Notes under the pieces: generated by a model | The model's database searches: none | What the model saw: the letters and a program-made list of their open reading frames with translations, nothing else | What the model was told of the DNA's origin: nothing | Origin: Ignavibacteriota bacterium | GTDB taxonomy: Bacteria; Bacteroidota; Ignavibacteria; UBA10030 | Length of the DNA: 64,000 bases | Reading direction: 5' to 3' | Assembly (NCBI GenBank): GCA_963727825.1 | Contig: CAVSHO010000007.1 | Coordinates: forward strand, 96,001-160,000 | In this document: one piece after another, positions 45,881 to 54,715 of the stretch | Layout of the letters: each line of letters opens with the position of its first letter | Position numbering within the stretch: position 1 is the stretch's first letter | Translations under genes and position numbers: made by a program

Positions 45881-46420
45881 ATGAGCCGATGGAAAATTAT
45901 ATCTGGCGTCAATCTCTTTTTTATCACAACAACTATTGTTGAATGGAGGAGCGTGTTTGTTGCTATCCCATTGTTTGAGACAATAATGGAAAGTCTAAAG
46001 TTTTGTCTTGCAAATAAAGAACTGCATCTACATGGTTATGTTATTATGCCCAATCATGCCCATTATATTGTTTCTAGTGACCCGCCGGAAAAGTTATCCG
46101 ATATTATGAGAGATTTTAACAGGTTCACATCTCAATGCATTACTGACGTTTTAGAAGAAATGCATAGGGATGAACTGCTTGAGATTTTTCACAAAGCTGC
46201 GATGGACGAAGGTCGTGGAAATCGATATAAAGTGTGGCAGGAGGGATTTCATCCTATTGCGATTGATACAGGAGCGTTTTTTCAACAGAAACTAGACTAT
46301 TTGCACGAGAATCCCGTACGGAAGGGATTTGTTGAGAAACCGGAATACTGGTGTTATTCGAGTGCAAGGAATTATCTTTTTGATGATCATTCAATTATCC
46401 CTGTTGAGTGTCTCGAATGA
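45881..46420 (+). mobile_element. REP-associated tyrosine transposase, RAYT-2
   Basis: FFITTTIVEW, GYVIMPNHAH, VWQEGFH, YLHENPVRKG..W.YSSA; REPs on both sides; the upstream ATG at 45833 lies inside a REP. Confidence 0.88.
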
Positions 46421-46445
46421 ATTGGGTCGGGAGTGCAACACCCCT

Positions 46446-46525
46446 AAGTTGTGAAGGAGTTGCACTCCTGAACTAAAAAGTGAAACAAATAGAATGGTCG
46501 GGAGTTAGAACTCCCTCCAAACTTA
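46446..46525. repeat. RAYT-2 REPIN (allele without insert)
   Basis: AAGTTGTGAAGGAGTTGCACTCCTGAAC..GGTCGGGAGTTAGAACTCCCTCCAAACTT; 39 nt identical to 44407-44445. Confidence 0.8.
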
Positions 46526-46591
46526 GTTTATTGAGAACTGAAATTTAAATATCGCTGTACTATATCAAAAGTACACACTTAGGGAGTGTTT

Positions 46592-48569
46592 ATGAAAAAG
46601 CGAGGCATAATTATATCTCTTGTCGTATCTTTTACTTTCATTGCGTATGGTCAGAAATCAGAACCATTTAAATCTCCCGAAATAAAAGCGCAGCAAGCAG
46701 ACACACTCAGTTCCAGTTTAGAGACTCCGGTTCCATTGCCGGATACAATTGCAATTAATAATCATGTTTTACCGCAAGGCGCTAAGGATACAACCACGCT
46801 GAGCTTCCGCGATACGGATTTAAGGGATATCTTCCGTGCACTAGCGGCAAAACATAACTTAAACATCTTCATAGATAATACAATCAACAAACATTCTACA
46901 ATCTCACTCTCCAATGTGCAAGTGTACAATGCAATCAAATTTATTTGCCAGCAGAATGATCTTAAGTTGAGCTTAGATGGATGTATCTTTAAAATTTTGC
47001 CTCAACCTCCTCCACCAAAAGCAGAACCGCTGCCGGCAAAAGTGCCATGGGTCTATTATGGTAATAATTTACTATCCGTAAAACTGAAGAATGACGATCT
47101 TGAAACATTTGTGCTGGAAATAGAGAGGAAGATGCGGCAAGAACATTCTTATCCTTAGCGGTACATCGGGAAATTTAAACGGCACATTAAACGATATCGA
47201 TTTTGATATAGGCTTTACGCAATTATTGAACAATAACGGTTTTGCTGTCCAGAAAAAAAATGGTGTATATATTGTCAGTCGATTGGAATATTTTGTCGGC
47301 CAGCAAACTCAAGGCGGAAGTCAAAAAGCAGGGCCGTATTGGATCAGTGTGCATGATTCATTAGTCACTGTTGACGTTACCAATGCGCCATTAGACCGTG
47401 TGCTGAGCGATATAGGCCGTCAGCTGAACAAAGATATGGTATTCTACAGTCAGGTCACTGGTAATATTACTGCACGGGCAACAGACATCCCGCTGGAGAA
47501 TGCCTTCAATCTCTTGCTCAGAAATTCAAACTTTACTTATCGTATTTCAGATGGAATGTATTTTATCGGTGAAAAAGCGAATAAGACGATGACCGCTACA
47601 AAGCTGCTTCGTCTAAAGTATCTGCGCGCAGAAAAAGTATTGGAATCCATACCTCAATCGATTACATCAATGGCTGTTTTAAAAGTTATCAAAGAACATA
47701 ATGGAATTGTCGTTGTGGGACCGAACGATATAATCACTCAGGCGGAAGAATATCTTCAAGCTATCGACAAGCCAGTCGCACAGGTGCTCATCGAAGCAAT
47801 TGTCGTCGATTATGACCGTACGAAAGGACTCGATCTCGGAGTAACTGCGGGGTACCTCGGTTCAAAAGATACAACTACATCATTCTCTCGCACCGATGCG
47901 CTTATTCCGGGAGTCAATATGATGTTCTCAGGTCCTACACTTAATAACGCTTTGAGCGCTATCGGTGCGACAAACCTCGGCAAGCTTCCAGCTGACTTCT
48001 TTTTAAATTTGAAGGCGATGGAACAAAGGGGAATTGCCAATGTAAAATCACGCCCCTTACTTGCAACACTCAACGGCTATCCGGCAATGCTCAGCATTGG
48101 TACGACGTTCTATTTCGAACTCACGACTACGACTCCTTTTTCGCAAAACCAAAACCAGACATACCTATCCACCAGCCAACAATTTACAACAGTTGAAGCT
48201 GACACAAAACTCGAGATTACTCCTTATGTCGGTTCTGACGGGCAGATCACTGTCGAAATAAAGCCCGACTTCAAAACACCGGTTGGTCAACCGATAAATG
48301 GAATTCCTCCTAACATCAACAGGCGTGCTATGTCTTCCACACTTGTGATGAGAGAAGGGGAGACAATCGTCTTGGGCGGTATGGTGCAGGAGACAGAATC
48401 CGAATCGCGCACGCAGGTGCCTATACTTGGTTCAATTCCACTGCTCGGATATTTGTTTTCTTCCACAAGTCATAGCACTAATAAATCGGAATTGGTAATT
48501 TACATCACACCGCATATTTCGTATGGTGAAGCGTTCCATAATGTGAGTCTGCCGGACCATGAAGAATGA
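46592..48569 (+). CDS. Secretin (GspD/PilQ-like), split by a +1 frameshift near 47132
   Basis: Signal peptide, LSFRDTDLRDIF N0-type domain; ID.PVAQVLIEA, LEITP, GETIVLGG, VPILGSIPLLGYLF, ELVIYITP; join at aag(a)tgcggcaag. Confidence 0.88.
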
Positions 48570-48600
48570 GTATCTGATTTTTTTTTCGATAGAGGAGATA

Positions 48601-48764
48601 AATTGCCGCGACGTTTTCCCGTAGTAATGGAGTTTGCCAACGTCGTGGGTACATAAACGGAAACAATCTTTGACTTTAGCCATAGATAAAAGCGATATTC
48701 AATAGTTGCGGCTAAAGCCGTAAAGGATTAATTATTTCTTCCACACGCTGAAGCTCATGGCAAT
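48601..48764. repeat. REPIN-like element (ATTGCC..CTTTAGCC..GGCTAAAG..GGCAAT)
   Basis: Outer ATTGCC/GGCAAT and inner CTTTAGCC/GGCTAAAG inverted repeats. Confidence 0.6.
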
Positions 48765-48808
48765 GAATATATTTTAAGTATACATTTTTTGCAAACTGTA
48801 TAGCATCG

Positions 48809-50203
48809 ATGAATATTTCCACTCTTCAAATAAGCCATATCAACTTCCGTCAATTAGCCGGTGCTAACCGTGTACTCGGTGTCGATCTTACGGAAAACTG
48901 CGTTCGTGTTGTTGAAGTGGAAGAACGTATACTACCACTTCGGAAATCGCAATCAAGATTCACAGTTCGCAATCATTTCATTCTAGAATATGATCCGGCA
49001 GCGGAGTGGCTAAAACGAGCAGATCTCCTGAAACAAAAATTAACCGGACTTGGAATTCGTGCGCGCTATGCAGCTACAAGCATCCGTTCTTTAGGCGTCA
49101 AAGTTGTTGAAACTACAATTCCATCCGGCATACACGCTTTTGATGAATGGATAACCGAGAATCAGGAAAAACTACTGCGAATTCCGTTAAACTCTGGAAG
49201 TATAACACATTGTGTAGAAATATTGGAACGGTCTGATTCAGGAACACGCGTAGAAATTACGTTTGTCCGGAGGGAAGAGATTGGACGCTACCAGTCGTTC
49301 TTTCGCACTGTAGGACTTGAGTTGATCACGCTCGGAGCAGGAACCCGCGATGCAAGCAATGTCATAACAACTGGAAAGAATTTCGGAGGGGAGAAAGAAA
49401 AATTCCTTTTTATTGAAGATGTTTCAGTCAACGTAACAGAATTTAAACAGGGGAGAAGGAATCGATCATATCAGACGGCGACACCATTCCAACAGACACA
49501 ATCGGAAGAAGCTTCAGTTTTTGTGTCTTGTGAAAAAGTCATAACGACAAATCTTGCCGATATACAAATCATTCAACCGCTTGGATTATCTCCAGAGTAT
49601 TGCCTCTCTGTCGGGTTAGCATTAAAAGCTCTGAATTCTGATCTTAGTCCGACTAATCTTTTGCCGGCAGAAGAGACAAACCGTATCGAAGTGAATTTCC
49701 ATAAATCTTTTTTCCAGAGGGCAATATTATTTTTAGGTGCTGTTTTGATTGTTCTGCTCATCATCCCATCTGCTCTGGAAGGCTATTTAGATTGGCGATC
49801 TAATAAACTAGACGAGCAATTGTCGGCAAACGTCAGTTCCTACGCTGAGCTAAAACTTCTGGAAACCCAAACACGCGATCTTGAAAAACAGCTCGGTGAA
49901 GCCAACACTTCGGTTCGTTCTTCCCATACTGCAAAGTTATTGCATAACATTGCAAGCGCAAGTCCGGAAGGGCTGTGGTTATACAAAATCAAATTAGATG
50001 CAGAAACCAAGGGAACATCAAAGTTGTCTCTTTTCGGATATACACTTAAAAGTGAAAAAGTCACTGACTATTTGAAGAATCTCAACGGTCTCGGTTATGA
50101 AGCAAATTTAATTCGATCTGGAAGTCCTCAACAAAATGAAACGTTGATTCCATTGCGAAAGGACGCCGTATCATTTGAAATAGCAATACAACTAAGGAAT
50201 TAA
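48809..50203 (+). CDS. PilM/PilN (GspL-like) fused alignment protein
   Basis: VLGVDL..VRVVE actin-like start, AL..NLLP + TM + coiled coil + PEGLWL..LSLFGY PilN-type domain. Confidence 0.7.
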   Translation: MNISTLQISHINFRQLAGANRVLGVDLTENCVRVVEVEERILPLRKSQSRFTVRNHFILEYDPAAEWLKRADLLKQKLTGLGIRARYAATSIRSLGVKVVETTIPSGIHAFDEWITENQEKLLRIPLNSGSITHCVEILERSDSGTRVEITFVRREEIGRYQSFFRTVGLELITLGAGTRDASNVITTGKNFGGEKEKFLFIEDVSVNVTEFKQGRRNRSYQTATPFQQTQSEEASVFVSCEKVITTNLADIQIIQPLGLSPEYCLSVGLALKALNSDLSPTNLLPAEETNRIEVNFHKSFFQRAILFLGAVLIVLLIIPSALEGYLDWRSNKLDEQLSANVSSYAELKLLETQTRDLEKQLGEANTSVRSSHTAKLLHNIASASPEGLWLYKIKLDAETKGTSKLSLFGYTLKSEKVTDYLKNLNGLGYEANLIRSGSPQQNETLIPLRKDAVSFEIAIQLRN

Positions 50204-50204
50204 A

Positions 50205-50741
50205 TTGACTGGCAAACGAAAATATCAAATAGGAATAACAGCGATAGGAGTATTGTTTATCTACCTCCTTTTCACAGAAGTTTCAGGTCGATGGAGTGAA
50301 GCATATCGTTCTTATCGAGAGTTCTCAGCGAAAGAGGAGAGCGTCCTTAATCCCGATGAACTTGCGCAACGTACTATGGACTTACGTGTAAAGAAAAGAA
50401 TTCTTACAACACAAATCACACGTGCAAACGAGGGATTTGAGCAAAGCCAAATAGGAGTTGTGCGCTTAATTCAAGCTCGAGCAAAAGAGAAGAATATGTA
50501 TTTGAGGATGATCACACCGTTGGAAACGCGTCCTGTCGGCCAGATGATCGAAATTGGATTTACTCTGGAGCTTTTAGGATCGTATCATCGATTAGGAAGC
50601 TATATTTCTTCTCTCGAGACCGGACCTATACCAATAAAAATAGTTAATGTTGAGGCGGTGAATCAACAGCCCGGTTCTACAGTGCTGACTATTTCTATTC
50701 AGGGGAAAGCGTTTATTCTGTCTAAGAATGTTTTGCAATGA
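50205..50741 (+). CDS. PilO/GspM-like protein
   Basis: N-terminal TM, coiled coil, LELLGSYHRLGSYISSLE. Confidence 0.7.
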   Translation: MTGKRKYQIGITAIGVLFIYLLFTEVSGRWSEAYRSYREFSAKEESVLNPDELAQRTMDLRVKKRILTTQITRANEGFEQSQIGVVRLIQARAKEKNMYLRMITPLETRPVGQMIEIGFTLELLGSYHRLGSYISSLETGPIPIKIVNVEAVNQQPGSTVLTISIQGKAFILSKNVLQ

Positions 50742-51193
50742 AGCCGAATAAATACATATTGCGATTGCTGGTGGTTGCGCTTTTGATTGTCTGGGGTCTC
50801 GTTGTATATGAAGTTATATCGGCAATTTATTTTGGCGAAGATAAGGAAACCAGCAATGCCGATAACCTGATAAAAAATAAAGGAAAAAGTGCAGAAACTT
50901 TCCTGTATGATGAAAATGTCAAAGATCCATTTCTATACTACGCCTCCAAAACTGATACAATGAAACGTGTCAGCACACCTAAACTGATCGCTCCGGTCTG
51001 GAATCCACCACCATTCCGCTTAAAAGGAATAATTGATGCGCGATCCGGCAAGATGGTGATTCTGGAAGATGGATCAGGTGAAACATTTTTCTTGCAGCGG
51101 GGAGATACCTTGCATGGAGTACATATTCTTGCCATAGAATCAAATCGTGTTCAATACGAATTTGAGAAAAAGAAATCGGATTGGCAGCTGTAA
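50738..51193 (+). CDS. PilP/GspC-like protein
   Basis: TM, KDPF, FRLKGII..MVILED..FFLQRGD..ILAI. Confidence 0.6.
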   Translation: MKPNKYILRLLVVALLIVWGLVVYEVISAIYFGEDKETSNADNLIKNKGKSAETFLYDENVKDPFLYYASKTDTMKRVSTPKLIAPVWNPPPFRLKGIIDARSGKMVILEDGSGETFFLQRGDTLHGVHILAIESNRVQYEFEKKKSDWQL

Positions 51194-51490
51194 TAGTGCT
51201 GGGGAAAAATAATTGCAAAGCTTCACCTTATTTTGTATCTTACTAATGCAATTGATTCATTTAAAATCTTCCGATATTACATATCAAAGATTGATACAAT
51301 TGCCCTTATGTGAATTGCACGGCATCGGAAGTGCCGAAATGACACGAAGGGCATTTGTATTTATAGGTGAAAAATAGAACGGGACTTGGTACCAAACTTG
51401 GCACTCTACTTGGCACTATGCATGCCAAAGTTGGCACTATTAAGTTCGAGTTGAGTGTTGCAAGTGTCGAAAATAGAATAAAAACTGAAT

Positions 51491-51562
51491 GGCGCCGTAC
51501 CCAAGTGGTAAGGGAGAGGTCTGCAAAACCTTTATGCAGCGGTTCGAATCCGCTCGGCGCCT
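51491..51562 (+). tRNA. tRNA-Cys(GCA)
   Basis: GGCGCCG/CGGCGCC acceptor stem, CCAAGTGGTAAGG, GAGGT-CTGCAAA-ACCTT, GGTTCGAATCC. Confidence 0.93.
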
Positions 51563-51647
51563 CTCCGAATTGCGGAATGCGGATTGTCAATTGCGGATTT
51601 ATAAATCTGCAATTCCATATCGAAAATTCGAAATTCGCAATTTCACT

Positions 51648-51716
51648 GCCGGGACGGCGGAATTGGCAGGCGCAAAGGACTTAAAATTCTGTGTCCTGCA
51701 AAGGGTGTGCGGGTTC
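51648..51716 (+). pseudogene. Decayed 5' 69 nt of tRNA-Leu(TAA)
   Basis: Matches 54253-54321 with 6 mismatches; stops after GGGTTC, no 3' T-stem or acceptor strand. Confidence 0.85.
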
Positions 51717-52160
51717 CTGCAATAAAATCAAAGATTTTCCTTTCGTTTTCAAAATAATCTTACTATTGCAAGCGGAAGTGCAAGCTAAGGAGTGTATCTT
51801 TTGCTTGCTTCCATCTATCTTTTCAAACCGTCGAGAAGCCATTGCCGGTATATTCAATTAACTATGAAAATCTTCATGCTGAGGTGAACAAGATTTCTGT
51901 ATCTTTGAACTGAGAAAGCAGAGTTTAATGAAAATATGAGTGGTTGCCCCTTTTTTTATCGCTTGAACTTCAAAGAAATAAAGTATAGTCTTCTGGCGTT
52001 CGAAGAAGTGTTTACCAGAGCTCTATCTTTTTCAGCGGAACAATTCGAGAAGAAGATTAATTGAGCGGCAGCTTGGAAGTTAGCGATGCAACAGCTTCTG
52101 CATTTATTAGACTGTGTTTTAAAATAGAAAATTGAAATAGCAAATAAATCGTCAATCTGA

Positions 52161-53780
52161 GTGGAGATAAAGATAATGTATAATTCTACTATTCAATACA
52201 AATCATTATTTGTACGATTCCGAGTTTTCTTTCTTCTTTTTCTTTTATCCTCTCTATTGCCTTCGCTAACCTTTTCTGCCACATACGGAATTGCCGGTTC
52301 AGTAAAGGACGCTTCAGGCAATGCGATTGCAGGAGTAGTAATGAATGGACTTCCTGGCAACCCGATTACTGATAGCAGTGGCAACTATGGCGCCTTTCTA
52401 ACTCTCGGTTGGTCTGGTACAGTGACACCGACATTGACCGGATACACGTTCACTCCTGTGAGTCGAACATATACAACTATTAGCATCACATATCCACATG
52501 AGGATTACATAGCTCAAGGTACATTAGCAATTGCCGGTTCAGTAAAGGATGCTTTAGGCAATGCGATTGCAGGAGTAGTAATGAATGGACTTCCTGGCAA
52601 TCCGGCTACAGATAACAGTGGCAACTACGGAGTCTATCTAGGCCCTGGTTGGTCTGGCATAGTGACACCGACATTGACCGGATACACGTTCACTCCTGTG
52701 AGTCGAACGTATAGTAATCTTCAAGCGAGTATTGGCAGTCAGAATTACACGGCTCAAGGTACGTTAGCAATTGCCGGTTCAGTAAAGGATGCTTTAGGCA
52801 ATGCGATTGCAGGAGTAGTAATGAATGGACTTCCTGGCAATCCGGCTACAGATAACAGTGGCAACTACGGAGTCTATCTAGGCCCTGGTTGGTCTGGCAT
52901 AGTGACACCGACATTGACCGGATACACGTTCACTCCTGTGAGTCGAACGTATAGTAATCTTCAAGCGAGTATTGGCAGTCAGAATTACACGGCTCAAGGT
53001 ACGTTAGCAATTGCCGGTTCAGTAAAGGATGCTTTAGGCAATGCGATTGTAGGAGTAGTAATGAATGGACTTCCTGGCAATCCGGCTACAGATAACAACG
53101 GCAACTACGGAGTCTATCTAGGCCCTGGTTGGTCTGGCACAGTGACACCGACATTAACCGGATACACGTTCACTCCTGTGAGTCGAACGTATAGTAATCT
53201 TCAAGCAAGCATTGGCAGTCAGAATTACACGGCTCAAGGTACGTTAGCAATTGCCGGTTCAGTAAAGGATGCTTTAGGCAATGCGATTGCAGGAGTAGTA
53301 ATGAATGGACTTCCTGGCAATCCGGCTACAGATAACAGTGGCAACTACGGAGTCTATCTAGGCCCTGGTTGGTCTGGCATAGTGACACCGACATTGACCG
53401 GATACACGTTCACTCCTGTGAGTCGAACGTATAGTAATCTTCAAGCGAGTATTGGCAGCCAGAATTACACAACTCAAGGTAAGGTTGGCGTTGCTAATAC
53501 CGATAAAACTTTGCCATCGGAATTTGAACTAGACCAGAATTATCCGAATCCATTTAATCCGTCAACAAATATTTCTTTTAGTCTTCCATCTAAATCATTT
53601 GTCTCGCTGAAGATATTTGATGCTTTGGGAAGAGAAGTGTCTACTATCCTGTCAGTTGAGTTGCTTGCTGGGAAATACTCTCGGCAATGGAATGCTGCAG
53701 GTCTACCAAGTGGAATATATTTCTATCGTTTACAGGCTGGTTCTTTCAATGAAACGAAGAAAATGATTTTGCTGAAGTGA
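52161..53780 (+). CDS. T9SS-sorted surface protein with five 80-aa tandem beta-sandwich repeats
   Basis: Signal-like N-terminus; repeats IAGSVKDA.GNAI.GV..TD.SGNY; C-terminal QNYPNPFNPST..YRLQAG..KKMILLK sorting domain. Confidence 0.88.
   Translation: MEIKIMYNSTIQYKSLFVRFRVFFLLFLLSSLLPSLTFSATYGIAGSVKDASGNAIAGVVMNGLPGNPITDSSGNYGAFLTLGWSGTVTPTLTGYTFTPVSRTYTTISITYPHEDYIAQGTLAIAGSVKDALGNAIAGVVMNGLPGNPATDNSGNYGVYLGPGWSGIVTPTLTGYTFTPVSRTYSNLQASIGSQNYTAQGTLAIAGSVKDALGNAIAGVVMNGLPGNPATDNSGNYGVYLGPGWSGIVTPTLTGYTFTPVSRTYSNLQASIGSQNYTAQGTLAIAGSVKDALGNAIVGVVMNGLPGNPATDNNGNYGVYLGPGWSGTVTPTLTGYTFTPVSRTYSNLQASIGSQNYTAQGTLAIAGSVKDALGNAIAGVVMNGLPGNPATDNSGNYGVYLGPGWSGIVTPTLTGYTFTPVSRTYSNLQASIGSQNYTTQGKVGVANTDKTLPSEFELDQNYPNPFNPSTNISFSLPSKSFVSLKIFDALGREVSTILSVELLAGKYSRQWNAAGLPSGIYFYRLQAGSFNETKKMILLK
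52289..53480 (+). repeat. 5 x 240-bp intragenic tandem repeat
   Basis: AATTGCCGGTTCAGTAAAGGA recurs at 52289, 52529, 52769, 53009, 53249; units 2-5 nearly identical. Confidence 0.95.
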
Positions 53781-53809
53781 GATAAATGAAATTTTAATAG
53801 TTGTTCAAG

Positions 53810-53835
53810 CCGACTCCAATAAGGTCGGATTTTTT
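53810..53835 (+). terminator. Putative rho-independent terminator
   Basis: CCGAC..GTCGG-A-T6 after the T9SS gene. Confidence 0.5.
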
Positions 53836-54252
53836 GTTCTCCCCCTGCAGCCATCTCATTTACGGTCAGCGGTTGATAAGTTACAGGTCTCCTTTGAGCC
53901 ATAATATACTTTTTACTAAATTTATATTAGATCATTTTACATAAAAGAAATACCACTATCATTTATAAAACGGTCGCTGTCTGTAAAGTTTCCAGATTTT
54001 CTGAGACTTTACTGTAAATATTCTTGCCTTCCCTTTCATTGTTTTGTATCTTTGACGTGCAGATAAAATCATTCATCATTCCGGAAAATAAAATGAGTGT
54101 AGAATTGCCATTTATCTTTTGCAAGCTGCCGGAGTGGGAGGATGAGGATAGAGGGCTTTCCGTATTTGTATTAGTAGGAACAGCGCAAATACTGCAAGCA
54201 AAAGTGCAAGCAATTTTGTGTGTAAAAACGTAAAAAGTCTTTGAAAATCCTT

Positions 54253-54338
54253 GCCGGGATGGCGGAATTGGTAGACGCACAGGACTTAAAATCCTGTGTC
54301 CTGCAAAGGGCGTGCGGGTTCGAGTCCCGCTCTCGGCA
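54253..54338 (+). tRNA. tRNA-Leu(TAA)
   Basis: GCCGGGA/TCTCGGC acceptor stem, GGCGGAATTGGTAGACGC, CAGGA-CTTAAAA-TCCTG, long variable arm, GGTTCGAGTCC. Confidence 0.93.
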
Positions 54339-54468
54339 CAAAATTGTTAATACAATTGAAGTTAGCGAATTGAAAGGTTGCTTCAAGAAGTCCTACCTTG
54401 AAAATCCAATAGTGTTCATATTTTGTTCCCATGCAGTCACCTCATTCATTTTTCTTGAGAGAAATGCA

Positions 54469-54606
54469 ATGTATTTCAGCAAGCGAATAAATAGAAATTA
54501 TTATGTTTGTTTTCTTAATAGTTTCGGAAGGTGGCAACTAGCCACCCTAAAATATCGAAATGAAAATGGAAATAGTAGGAACGTACACGATCTCCTTTTG
54601 TGTTAA
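54469..54606 (+). pseudogene. Possible N-terminal remnant of a tyrosine integrase
   Basis: MYFSKRINRNYYVCFLNSFGRWQ resembles integrase arm-binding N-termini; 130 nt downstream of tRNA-Leu; no catalytic domain. Confidence 0.3.
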
Positions 54607-54715
54607 TAGTTAAACGCACTAAGTTCGGTGTGAATACTTGAAGTGGGTGAGGAAAGGAGCAGAGCGATATAATCGTAAAAAAATAATTTCACATAAATCA
54701 ATTGAAAGGCTATTT

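Noticed and set aside
44165-46525. REP copies as a CRISPR-like array
   Set aside because: Spacing is irregular, copies occur as inverted pairs, and they flank an HUH transposase
24262-51193. Retractile type IVa pilus or competence system
   Set aside because: No PilT/PilU, PilY1 or ComEC/ComEA in the window; they could lie elsewhere, so this is only disfavoured
51306-51725. ORFs overlapping tRNA-Cys and the Leu fragment (also 22194-22379, 53963-54386)
   Set aside because: Spurious translations of tRNA sequence
52289-53480. CRISPR array or DGR template/variable repeat
   Set aside because: The units are contiguous 240-bp coding repeats with no spacers; no cas or reverse transcriptase gene in the window, and differences are not adenine-specific
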